Source: Candidatus Dormiibacterota bacterium
Lineage (GTDB): Bacteria > Chloroflexota > Dormibacteria > Dormibacterales > Dormibacteraceae
Assembly: GCA_035280365.1 (NCBI GenBank)
Contig: DATEGB010000006.1
Location: forward strand, 218-64,217
Direction: 5' to 3'
Length of the DNA: 64,000 nucleotides
Positions 50,438 through 61,768 of this stretch are shown here, one piece after another (position 1 is the first letter of the stretch; each line of letters opens with the position of its first letter). The translations under genes and the position numbers were made by a program. The notes beneath the pieces are model-generated. The model worked only from the letters and a program-made list of their open reading frames with translations. It had not been told where the DNA came from and searched no databases.

Positions 50438-51799
50438 ATGGCGACCACGATCCCACTCGCCGCAGGGCGGATACCACCGCACGACCTCGACGCGGAGATC
50501 TCGGTCATCGGGTCGATCCTTCTCGACCCCTTGTCGATCGCCAAGGTGCTGCAGTTCCTGCACCCCGAGGACTTCTACCGCGAGAACAACGGCCAGATCT
50601 ACCGCGCCGCCCTGGACCTGTTTGCGGGCGGCGAGCCGATCGACAACGTCACATTGGCGGCGCAGCTGCAGTCGATGGGACTGCTGGAGCGGGTCGGCGG
50701 GCGGGCGCAGCTGGCATCGATGCAGTCCACCGTGCCGACTGCGGCCAACATCGAGTACTACGGCCGGATCGTCAAGGAGAAGGCGTACAAGCGGCGGCTG
50801 ATCTCCGCCGGCGGAAACATCGCCGGCTACGGCTACGACGACTCGATCGAGGCCGAGGACGCGATCAACCAGGCGCAGTCGCTCGTGTTCGGCGTTGCGG
50901 ACGACCGCGACCAGCGCGAGCTCGCGCGCCTGTATGACCTGCTGGGACCCGCGATGGAGCGGATCTCGGTGCTCATGGAGAGCGGTCAGGGGGTGGTGGG
51001 GATCCCGTCGGGGTTCCACGACCTGGACCGAATGACGGGGGGATTCAAGGACAGCGACCTGATCATCGTCGCGGGCCGGCCGTCGATGGGCAAAACCAGC
51101 CTGGCCTTGAACGTCGGTCTGTACGCCGCGCTGGACGCCAAGAAATCCGTCGCGATCTTCAGTCTCGAGATGTCCAAGGAGCAGCTGACGGAGCGCTTGC
51201 TCACCGAGCAGGCGCAGATCGACGCCCAGCGCATGCACCGCGGCCTGTTGACCGAATCCGAATTTGATCGCGTTTCGAACGCGCTGGGTCCCCTTGGCGA
51301 GGCTCAGATCTATGTCGACGACACGCCGGTGATGGATGAGTTGACGCTGCAGCTGAAAGCGCGGCAGGCAAAGATGCGGCACAACGTCGACATCATCCTT
51401 ATCGACTACTTGCAGTTGATGCATGGCCGTTCGCGCGGAGACGACAACCGGGTTCAGGAGGTTTCGGCGATTTCCCGTGCACTCAAGGGACTGGCGCGTG
51501 AACTGCGGATTCCGGTGATTGCGATCTCGCAGCTGAGCCGCGCGCCCGAACAGCGGCCCGACAAGCGTCCCATCCTCAGCGACTTGAGGGAAAGCGGAAG
51601 TATCGAGCAGGACGCGGACGTCGTCATGTTCCTGTTCCGCCCCGAGTACTACAAGTCCGACGAAAGGCCCGGCATCGCCGAGGTCATCGTCGCCAAGCAC
51701 CGCAACGGCCCCACCGGCACCATCGAGCTCAAGTTCCGCCGCGACCACACCCGGTTCTACAACCTGGAAACGAGGCGACCCGAGCCCGGCGCTGAGTAA
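50438..51799 (+). CDS. dnaB: Replicative DNA helicase
   Basis: PPHDLDAEISVIGSILLD N-terminus, Walker A GRPSMGKT, and the RecA-like C-terminal domain. At 453 aa there is no intein. Confidence 0.97.
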   Translation: MATTIPLAAGRIPPHDLDAEISVIGSILLDPLSIAKVLQFLHPEDFYRENNGQIYRAALDLFAGGEPIDNVTLAAQLQSMGLLERVGGRAQLASMQSTVPTAANIEYYGRIVKEKAYKRRLISAGGNIAGYGYDDSIEAEDAINQAQSLVFGVADDRDQRELARLYDLLGPAMERISVLMESGQGVVGIPSGFHDLDRMTGGFKDSDLIIVAGRPSMGKTSLALNVGLYAALDAKKSVAIFSLEMSKEQLTERLLTEQAQIDAQRMHRGLLTESEFDRVSNALGPLGEAQIYVDDTPVMDELTLQLKARQAKMRHNVDIILIDYLQLMHGRSRGDDNRVQEVSAISRALKGLARELRIPVIAISQLSRAPEQRPDKRPILSDLRESGSIEQDADVVMFLFRPEYYKSDERPGIAEVIVAKHRNGPTGTIELKFRRDHTRFYNLETRRPEPGAE

Positions 51800-51802
51800 T
51801 GA

Positions 51803-51866
51803 GGGAAACAGCCTGTTTCCCCTCGTCGCGCCGTCGGCAAAGCCGACCCAGCCGCAAGCGGCTGGG
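51803..51866 (+). terminator. Two GC-rich hairpins after dnaB (no U-tract)
   Basis: GGGAAACAG/CTGTTTCCC at 51803-51821 and CCCAGCCGC/GCGGCTGGG at 51847-51866. Confidence 0.35.
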
Positions 51867-51911
51867 CATGCGGCGCTGCTCCCCTTCCGGTTGAAAAGTT
51901 CGGCAGAATAG

Positions 51912-54330
<2,419 letters not shown>

Positions 54331-54334
<4 letters not shown>

Positions 54335-55395
54335 GAAGCCCGCGAGACCGGCTTGACGACGCGGAGGTTGGCCTCCCGCTGACGCAGGCGGCGGGTCCGC
54401 CGCCACCGCTCCATCGAGACCGACAGCGACCAGACCACGACCACGACGATCGCCATTACAGCCTGGATCAGCGCCACGATGAAAACAGCGACCTCGAGCC
54501 CGTGGCCCGCGAGCACACTGCCGTGCGGGACCATCCGCAGGCCGGTGGCGAACAGTCCGGCGCCAAACCCGAGCGTCGGCCGGATCGCCCACGAGTCCGG
54601 CAGCAGCCGGCGGTCGGCAAGGATCAGGCCGGCAACGAACCAGGTCGGCCCGCTGTCGAGCTGGAAGATCGGGTCCCAGTGCTGCACGTAGATCGCCAGC
54701 AGGGACCCGACGAGAAAGCCGAACAGGACCACCAGGCTCACGCGCCTCGCGTACGCCAGCCACGCCACCCCGACGATGACGGCCATCATCGAAGTCGCGA
54801 ACACAGGGCCGGGTACGTTGCCAACGTAGAGACGGATCGGGTCGACCGGGCTCGCCGACGGGCTGAAGAACTGGTACCACGTCGCGAGCGGGTCGAGATG
54901 GTTGGTGCCTCCGTTCGGGTCGTAGAACGAGCTGGTCGCGCCGCGCGTCGCGAGCGCGATCACCGCGTACGCGATCAGGCCGGCCTGGGCGCGAATCGCG
55001 GGCATGAAGCGCGCTCGCAACAGCTCGAGCACGACCGCGAGAAGGGCGACGTAGAGGGTGAGTGCCAGGCCGGCGCCGGCGCCCACGAGCGCGACGCCCA
55101 CCACGGCCGCGACCAGCGGGCTTGCGCCCCCGTGGGCGAACAGGCTGCGCCACAGGATGCGTGACGCGATGAGCCCTACCGCGCCGGCGGCGCACGCGAC
55201 CGCGAGCATCTGCACCGCGGGCAGCTTGAAGATGACGAGACCCGCAACGACAGGCGGAAGCAGCGCGATGCCCGTGATGAGATCGGCGGGCAGCGTCGCC
55301 GGCTTGAACGCGGCTCGGTCCAGCCAGGCTCCAGCTCTGTTCAACCACGAACCCGGCGGCCTGGCCCTGAGTTCGCGGGAACCCCCGGACGGCAC
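54331..55395 (-). CDS. RnfD/NqrB-like polytopic membrane protein (orphan)
   Basis: NQR2/RnfD/RnfE-like blocks (ALLPPVVAGL, YVGNVPGPVFATSMMAVIVG). GTG 55395 is preferred because TACAAT lies 6 nt upstream, suggesting a leaderless start. The alternative, ATG 55449, is the first ATG in the longer 54331..55590 track ORF. Confidence 0.7.
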
Positions 55396-55469
55396 GGGGC
55401 GATTGTAGGCGAGGGGCCCTGGCCCGGGCCCGTGTCGCTCCTGCGGCATGGGTGATAATCGCCTGGCTC

Positions 55470-56711
55470 GTGTCGCTTCCAGGCCGACGTTTTCTCGCGA
55501 CGATCGGGGCGCTGTCGTGGATCGGGGTCGCGGCTGTGAACGGGGTTGCGGCGCCGTTGCCCGATTCGACATGGGTCGCGTTGAAGCCACTCCCCGGGCA
55601 AGGCCGGTCCGCGATCTTCGCCCTGGCCGTCGACCCGGCCAACGACCTGAACGCCGTCGCTGCCAATTCCCAAGGCACGCTGCTGAGGACGTCGAACGGC
55701 GGTGGCGCGTGGACTGCGGTGCACTCCGGGAAGGTGACGATCAACGTTCTCGCCTTCAGCCCGCTGACGGCCGGGCTCGTCCTTGCCGGCACGCGGGGAG
55801 CGGGGGCACTAGTGAGCCGTGACGCCGGTGCGACCTGGTCCTCTCCGTCAGGCCTTGACGGCCGCAACGTGCGCGTCTTCGCGTTTGCGCTGGACCTGAT
55901 CGCGGCGGGGACCGACCACGGTGTCTACACGAGCAGCGACGGTCACGCGTGGATTCAATCGGCGCTGTCGAATCGCAGCATCAGCGCCCTGGGCGTGCTT
56001 GCGATCCACGAGCCGGTGCGCCTCGTCGCGGGTACCGACGCGCAGCTGCCGGGCACGCTTGCTCTCTTCCAGAGCCTCGACGGCGGCGTGACGTGGAAAC
56101 AGCTCAACCCGCCGCTCACGGGCACCATGACGGTGCGCCTCGCTGCCGGTCCGCTGCCGCCGACGGGCGCCGTGAGGCCGCTCCTCGCCGGCACAAACAC
56201 GGGTCTGTTCCTGTCCACCGACAACGGCGCGTCGTTCAGCCCTCTCAGCGGAGGCGGTCTGCTGCCGACCACCGACTACACGCAGGCGAGCTTCATCGCG
56301 AGCCACTTCGACCGCTTCTACGCGGCGAGCGATGGGGGAGGCTCCGGCGCGGGTGGATTGTGGAGGACCAACGACCAGGGCCAGAGCTTCAGGTCGTTGC
56401 AGCCGCCGCAACCGGTCGTCACGGCGCTGGCGGTCTCCAGCGACGAGCAGCCCACGCTGTACGTCGCCACGTTCCAGCCCTCGACGCACGAAGCGTCGCT
56501 GTGGGCCTACCACGACACGGGCGCGCCGCCGGTCGGCCCACCGCCGAGCCCAGGACGGGTCAGCGGGGCAAGGCCCGCCCGCTCATCGGACCAGTCGATG
56601 CTCACCGAGATCCTCTCCTCGCCGCAACTGCCTTACATCGGCCTGGGCCTCGGCGCCCTCGCGGTCGTGCTCACCGCGATCGTGGCCCACCTCCGCGGCC
56701 GCCAGAGATAG
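55470..56711 (+). CDS. Secreted BNR/Ycf48-like beta-propeller repeat protein with C-terminal TM anchor
   Basis: Repeated S-x-D-x-G-x-T/S-W-like motifs (SNGGGAWT, RDAGATWS, SSDGHAW, SLDGGVTWK, STDNGASF, TNDQGQSF). Signal peptide with RR. GTG 55470 is preferred over GTG 55452. Confidence 0.7.
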   Translation: MSLPGRRFLATIGALSWIGVAAVNGVAAPLPDSTWVALKPLPGQGRSAIFALAVDPANDLNAVAANSQGTLLRTSNGGGAWTAVHSGKVTINVLAFSPLTAGLVLAGTRGAGALVSRDAGATWSSPSGLDGRNVRVFAFALDLIAAGTDHGVYTSSDGHAWIQSALSNRSISALGVLAIHEPVRLVAGTDAQLPGTLALFQSLDGGVTWKQLNPPLTGTMTVRLAAGPLPPTGAVRPLLAGTNTGLFLSTDNGASFSPLSGGGLLPTTDYTQASFIASHFDRFYAASDGGGSGAGGLWRTNDQGQSFRSLQPPQPVVTALAVSSDEQPTLYVATFQPSTHEASLWAYHDTGAPPVGPPPSPGRVSGARPARSSDQSMLTEILSSPQLPYIGLGLGALAVVLTAIVAHLRGRQR

Positions 56712-56733
56712 GTCGCCGCTAGACTCGGACGGA

Positions 56734-57207
56734 GTGTCGCCGCACGACCGCCTGCGCGAACTCGGGATCACGCTGCCCAAACCGCCTCCGCCGGCCGCGT
56801 CCTACGTGCAGGCCAGGCGGGTGCCGATCGGCGACGGCCGTGCTCTGCTGTACGTCGCGGGCCAGGTCTCCGCCGACGGCGACACGCTGCTGACCGGCCG
56901 CTGCCCCGACCAGGTCTCGGTCGAGGAGGCGACGCGGCGCGCTCGCCTCTGCGGTCTTCGCCTCCTGGCCCAGATGGAGGCGGCGGCGGGCCTCGACAAC
57001 ATCGTCGAGGTGATGCAGCTCATCGGCTTCGTGCTCTCCACAGATGACTTCGGCGACCAGCCGAAAGTGATCAACGGCGCCTCCGACCTCCTCTACGAGG
57101 TCTTCGGCGAGGCGGGCAAGCACACGCGGGCGGCGCTTGGCACGAACGCTCTTCCGTTCTCGGTCACGATCGAGATCGCGGCGGTGGCGGTTGTCCGTAC
57201 CGGCTGA
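56734..57207 (+). CDS. RidA/YjgF-family protein
   Basis: LPKPPPPAASYVQARRV...YVAGQ and the C-terminal RAALGTNALP...IEI pattern are present. TAGACT lies 8 nt upstream of the GTG. Confidence 0.85.
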   Translation: MSPHDRLRELGITLPKPPPPAASYVQARRVPIGDGRALLYVAGQVSADGDTLLTGRCPDQVSVEEATRRARLCGLRLLAQMEAAAGLDNIVEVMQLIGFVLSTDDFGDQPKVINGASDLLYEVFGEAGKHTRAALGTNALPFSVTIEIAAVAVVRTG

Positions 57208-57241
57208 GGGGAGCCGCCTCCATGGGGGGCGGCGTTTCAGT

Positions 57242-58132
57242 GTGGGCCGGCCGGGCGCGCTCCTGATCGGGAGCCTGCTCTACCTCGGCGTGATCTTCGG
57301 GGTGATGCTGTGGCGCGGCATCTCGATCGAGCCCGAGTGGGTCGTCCTCTCCCTGCTCGTGATCGCGATCGCGATGGGCCGCGGGCTCGCCTTCATCGCC
57401 GACTGGGGACCGTTCCTGCTGCTGTTTTTCGCCTACGAAGCGATGCGCGGCTTTGCCTCGAAGACCGGCTTTGCGGCCCACGACCTGTCGGGCCTGGAGC
57501 GCGCGGTGTTTGGGTCACTGCCACCGCTGACCTTGCAGCATGCGTTCTACAACCCGAGCACGGTCAGCCCGCAGGACCTCGTCGCCATGTTCTTTTACTT
57601 CATGCACTTCCCGCTGCCGATCCTCGTCGGCTTCATCTTCTGGTGGCGGAGCCGCGACCACTACCGGCGTTACATCGCGGCCCTCCTGCTGATGTGCTTC
57701 CTCGCCTTCGTCACCTACCTGTTCTGGCCGTCGACGCCGCCGTGGCTGCAGTTCCAGCAGCACGTCGCGCCCGACGACGTGGCGGTGCACAAGATCCTCA
57801 ATGAGACCGTGCAGAAGATCTGGGGCAACAACTACATCGTGTCGCCTCTCTACACGCATCTGAACCCGAACCAGGTGGCGGCATTTCCGTCGCTGCACGC
57901 TGCGTTCCCCGCCCTGGCCACGGTGTACGCGTGGCGGCGCTACAGGTGGCTCGCGGTGGCGCTTGCGCTCTGGACGTTCGGGGTGCTGCTGTCCATCGTC
58001 TACCTGGGCGAGCACTACGTGGTCGACGCCCTCTGCGGGTTCGCCTACGTGGCCGCGGCGACGCTCCTGATCGAGGCGTTCGTGCGCTGGCGGGCGCGCC
58101 GGCGCGCTACGCCTGCCACACCTTCCGCATGA
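57242..58132 (+). CDS. PAP2-superfamily membrane protein (PAP2_3 / IPC-synthase-like)
   Basis: Multi-TM protein with the motifs FPSLH and GEHYVVD. The track ORF was trimmed to GTG 57242, and the start is uncertain. Confidence 0.75.
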   Translation: MGRPGALLIGSLLYLGVIFGVMLWRGISIEPEWVVLSLLVIAIAMGRGLAFIADWGPFLLLFFAYEAMRGFASKTGFAAHDLSGLERAVFGSLPPLTLQHAFYNPSTVSPQDLVAMFFYFMHFPLPILVGFIFWWRSRDHYRRYIAALLLMCFLAFVTYLFWPSTPPWLQFQQHVAPDDVAVHKILNETVQKIWGNNYIVSPLYTHLNPNQVAAFPSLHAAFPALATVYAWRRYRWLAVALALWTFGVLLSIVYLGEHYVVDALCGFAYVAAATLLIEAFVRWRARRRATPATPSA

Positions 58133-59381
58133 TCGTGCGCGAGAGCTTCTCCGGGTCATGGTGCGAAGGCGTGCGCACGTTGACGACGTCGGAGGCGATG
58201 AACCGGACTTCCGGATGGCGCGCGGTGTCCGCGGGCCGGAAGATGACCGGCGCCTGACCTCCAGTCGGCGCGTAGGTGTTGTTCGAGTTGACCAGCACGA
58301 AGTCGAACAAGTTCGCTCCGACGTGCTCGCGAATCACCCGCAGGTAGTCGTGGACGCCATAGCCGTCGGTTTCGCCCGGTTGGGCCGCCAGGTTGCAGAT
58401 GTAGAGCTTGAGCGCGGCCGAGGCCTTGATCGCCTCGACCATCCCCTCGACAAGCAGGTTCGGCAGGATCGACGTGTACAGCGAGCCGGGGCCGACGATG
58501 ATCAGCTCCGCGTTCAGGATCGCCTGCGCAGCCTCGGGGTTGACCTGGACGCCGTCCGGCTTGAGGAACACATGGCTGATCGGCGCGTGCTGTTTGGGGA
58601 TCTGCGACTCACCTTCGACGTTGCTCCCGTTGATGGAGGCGACGAGGGTCACGTCCTGGAGCGTCGAAGGCACGATGGTCCCCTTGACGGCGAGCACCTT
58701 GCCCGACTCGCGCAGCGCCTGCTCGAAGTTCCCGGTGACGTCCGCCATGGCCATGATGAAGAGGTTCCCGAAGGCGTGGCCGTCGAGCGAGCCTTCCTTG
58801 AAGCGGTGGTCGAAGAGCTGCTTCATCAGCGGCTCGGCGTCGGCCAGCGCGATCAGACACTGGCGGAAGTCGCCGGGCGGGAGGATGCGGTACTCGTCGC
58901 GCAGGCGGCCTGACGAGCCGCCGTCGTCGGCCACGGTGACGATCGCGGAGAGGTTGGAGGTGTAGGTCTTCAGGCCCCGGAGGAGAGAGCTCAGGCCCGT
59001 GCCTCCGCCGATGGCCACGACGCGCGGCCCGCGACCGCGCAGCCTGAAGGCGTGGATCACCTCGACGACGCTGCCCGTGTTCGTGCCCGGGAGGAAGGGG
59101 CCCAGCACCGACTGCGTCAGCTTCACGTAGCTCAGGACCAGGAGTCCCACGCCGAAGATGCCGAAGACGATCGCGCGCGCCCAGTAGGGGAGGAACTGGA
59201 GCGTGATGTAGTAGAAGCTCGACGGCAGGTGGGCCGTCTGGTAGATCTCCTTCAAGGCGTAAGCGACACCGAGCACGAGGACGAGCTCGGAGACCATGAG
59301 AAGCAGCAGCCAGCGTTTGATCTGCAGGCCCGGTGTCAGCCACCGAAGCCACGACGCGCTCGAGCTACGCCTTCTGGCCAT
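58107..59381 (-). CDS. YvcK/CofD-like (UPF0052, gluconeogenesis factor family) protein with N-terminal TM helices
   Basis: VVAIGGGTGLSSLLRGLK and TVADDGGSSGRLR are hallmark motifs. Confidence 0.9.
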   Translation of the reverse strand: MARRRSSSASWLRWLTPGLQIKRWLLLLMVSELVLVLGVAYALKEIYQTAHLPSSFYYITLQFLPYWARAIVFGIFGVGLLVLSYVKLTQSVLGPFLPGTNTGSVVEVIHAFRLRGRGPRVVAIGGGTGLSSLLRGLKTYTSNLSAIVTVADDGGSSGRLRDEYRILPPGDFRQCLIALADAEPLMKQLFDHRFKEGSLDGHAFGNLFIMAMADVTGNFEQALRESGKVLAVKGTIVPSTLQDVTLVASINGSNVEGESQIPKQHAPISHVFLKPDGVQVNPEAAQAILNAELIIVGPGSLYTSILPNLLVEGMVEAIKASAALKLYICNLAAQPGETDGYGVHDYLRVIREHVGANLFDFVLVNSNNTYAPTGGQAPVIFRPADTARHPEVRFIASDVVNVRTPSHHDPEKLSRTIMRKVWQA

Positions 59382-59448
59382 CTACCCCTGCCTGCAACAA
59401 CGAGTGGAAAACGTGCAAGGTTACTCTGGTACTACGCTTCACTGAAGT

Positions 59449-59799
59449 ATGCGGACTTTGCGGGGGGCGCGTCGCCTGTTTCGCATGGTCGCGTTCGGCC
59501 TGCTTGCGGCGGCGATCGCGACCGAACTCGCCAAACCCGAAGCCGAGAGGACGTGGCACGGCCGCGTCTTCGGTGTCGTGCCTTATGACTTCCGGCCTCC
59601 GACCTGGCAGCGCATCCGCGACGCGTACTGGAACCCCGAGTCCGACGAGCTCTTCAGCGACCGGGTCTTCGGCGTGGGCTGGGCGGTGAACCTGTATAAG
59701 GCGAAAACGCTCATGGATGACCTTTTCAGAGGTCTGATGGGATCGCGCGAGTCGCTGTCGATCCGGATGAGGTCGCGCTCCGAGGCCGGGAGGGAGTAG
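59449..59799 (+). CDS. Small membrane protein, DUF5808-like
   Basis: An N-terminal TM helix followed by PYDFRPPT...WNPESDELFSDRVFGVGWAVN, resembling the GxGWxxN motif of DUF5808. The family name is recalled, not verified. Confidence 0.55.
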   Translation: MRTLRGARRLFRMVAFGLLAAAIATELAKPEAERTWHGRVFGVVPYDFRPPTWQRIRDAYWNPESDELFSDRVFGVGWAVNLYKAKTLMDDLFRGLMGSRESLSIRMRSRSEAGRE

Positions 59800-59822
59800 C
59801 CGGGTCGCCGGCGACGCGTCCT

Positions 59823-59828
59823 TAGAAT
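59823..59828 (+). promoter_or_regulatory. Candidate -10 (TAGAAT) for tRNA-Gln
   Basis: TAGAAT lies 30 nt upstream of the tRNA 5' end. Confidence 0.35.
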
Positions 59829-59858
59829 GGGTCGCCCGGCCGCGCTCGAGACCTTGCT

Positions 59859-59933
59859 TGGGGAGTGGCGCAACGGTAGCGCAGCTGACTCTGGATCAGA
59901 AGGTTGAAGGTTCGAATCCTTCCTCCCCAGCCA
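59859..59933 (+). tRNA. tRNA-Gln (anticodon CTG)
   Basis: A 75-nt cloverleaf with the U1-A72 pair typical of tRNA-Gln, anticodon loop CTCTGGA, T-loop GGTTCGAATCC, and encoded CCA. Confidence 0.93.
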
Positions 59934-60255
59934 ACTATATGTTGGGCTTATGACTGCCTTGCCTGCTACATACAGCCCGCGTAACCAAATCAGCGTCTTT
60001 TCCATCAGACGCGACGCCGCCGCGTAATCCGCGGATCGGACGCGCTACACAACCGATCAAGCAACCGTGTGATGATGGTGATTCACGAAGGAGCGAGGGG
60101 CCACGAAGTGAGGAGATTGGCGAAGGCACGTACTCGATCGAAAGGATTGCGAGGGTCTCGCAACCCGTTCGCGACGGCTTGGGCCTGAATGACGCACGGT
60201 TCGGGACCATGAGGTCACGCCGCTTGAGTGTGCGACATCCAAGAGCCTGTGAGCG

Positions 60256-61404
60256 TTAGTTAAGGGTCCCGACCGGCAGTCCAGCAATATCGCTGACCTT
60301 TCGCACCCCCGAAGGGTTTGCGTACAGATAGATTCCCTGAGCAGGCCCAAATGCCACGGCAAACCAGATTCCGTGTAGGTCGGCAATAGCGTCCAGACAA
60401 CAACCTTGCTCGGAGAAGATTCGCTCAGCCTGGCCCGGCCTGGTGACCCTGAGCAACAGCGATTCGTTCGTACCCAACGTCGGCAGCGCTTGCCTGGCAA
60501 GAGGCAACACTACCAGCGGCGAACCGTCGGCATCTGTACCAACAACACTCATGGTCCAGCAGCAACTGCCAGGTTCGTGAGGAGTGATTGGCTCGTGATC
60601 CCAGGTCTGCACGCTACCGGTGCTCAGCTCTATTCGCAGCAATTGATTAGGCTGATCGGCGCCACCCTCAAGAGTGCTCATCCAGGCCAATCCGCCGGCG
60701 ATCACCCACGAGCCACGCCGGTCGCTGACCTTGGTGACTTTGCCAGTCTTAGCGTCCAAGCGCGAGAGCGTGAACGAATCGGGCCCGCAGGCCCCCGGCA
60801 AGACCACCTCTACGCCTTCGCACCCCGGACTGATGTAGACGCCATCCTGGGCGAAGCTGACAACCGACAAAGGTTGCCTACCGCTGTAGCTGTAGACGAC
60901 TTGGTCAGAACCTGAGTGGACATCGGCAATGTGAATGCGGCCGCCGCTCGTAGCGCCACCCAGAACATCGCCAGGGAGCTGCAGCAACTCCGTATAGGCA
61001 TAGCGGAGCCCGTCGGGTGACACCTGCGCTCTGGCCACCGGCAGCCAGCGTTCCGCGGGTCGATCATAGGTGATCTCCCCGTAGATACCGTTGCTGGTTC
61101 CGAACAGATACGGCTGGACGATCGTCCTCAGCATTCGGGTGAGGCCCGCTGGCGGTCTCGTGTCGTCCGGCACCATTTCGGCACGCGGATCCCTCGCAAA
61201 CGCCCCTCCCGGGAGATGCAGGAAGCCTCCTATGGCGTGGCGGTTCCCTTGGGCGTCGTAATTGGCGGCAACGACGGGTAGGTCGCCCTTGAGCCCTGTA
61301 GGGCTCGGCGCGAAAGTCGCCGAGGGCGAGGACTGGGCCTTAGGAGCTGGAGGGCTACTGCACGCCCCGAGGATCAGCACGACAGCGAGAACCGTGCCCC
61401 GCAT
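60256..61404 (-). CDS. Hypothetical lipoprotein
   Basis: Signal peptide with lipobox ILGAC in a 382-aa secreted-type sequence. No family recognised. Confidence 0.65.
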   Translation of the reverse strand: MRGTVLAVVLILGACSSPPAPKAQSSPSATFAPSPTGLKGDLPVVAANYDAQGNRHAIGGFLHLPGGAFARDPRAEMVPDDTRPPAGLTRMLRTIVQPYLFGTSNGIYGEITYDRPAERWLPVARAQVSPDGLRYAYTELLQLPGDVLGGATSGGRIHIADVHSGSDQVVYSYSGRQPLSVVSFAQDGVYISPGCEGVEVVLPGACGPDSFTLSRLDAKTGKVTKVSDRRGSWVIAGGLAWMSTLEGGADQPNQLLRIELSTGSVQTWDHEPITPHEPGSCCWTMSVVGTDADGSPLVVLPLARQALPTLGTNESLLLRVTRPGQAERIFSEQGCCLDAIADLHGIWFAVAFGPAQGIYLYANPSGVRKVSDIAGLPVGTLN

Positions 61405-61768
61405 TTTGTAGTTTGAACGCGGGTCTTGAGTGTCAGTTACGCCGTCGGCTGAGGACCCAAGTGGGTCTCGCGACGGCGGGCCGACACTGATACCACATTT
61501 GACCGGCTGCGGCGCTCCTGGTTCCTGAGATCAGGCAAGGGTCAGGCGCAGCGCTCAGGCCCCCTTACCCCGGAGGTAGGCCGTGTGGCGGCACGCCAGC
61601 GGATGAGCAGCCCGCGGTATAGGAGCCACTGCAGTCGGTACTGGCAATTCCTTGGTCCAGGAAAGAAGGGCTCGAAACGCCAGCTCGCGCCCCCTCCCGG
61701 ACGGGGTTCGCCGTTACCTTTTCGAAGCCGCCCGCGAAGTACACAATGTGGTCACACAGGGAGAGGCC

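Noticed and set aside
55449-55454. Divergent start codons 2 bp apart (ATG 55449 on the minus strand and GTG 55452 on the plus strand) in the longest reading frames.
   Set aside because: This leaves no promoter space. In-frame GTGs at 55395 and 55470 are each preceded by a -10-like hexamer, and 55470 gives a better signal peptide.
59934-60255. An integrase gene or remnant, or an att direct repeat, immediately after tRNA-Gln.
   Set aside because: There are only short ORFs with no recombinase motifs. I could not find a second copy of the tRNA 3' end in 59934-64000. The island call therefore rests on composition only.
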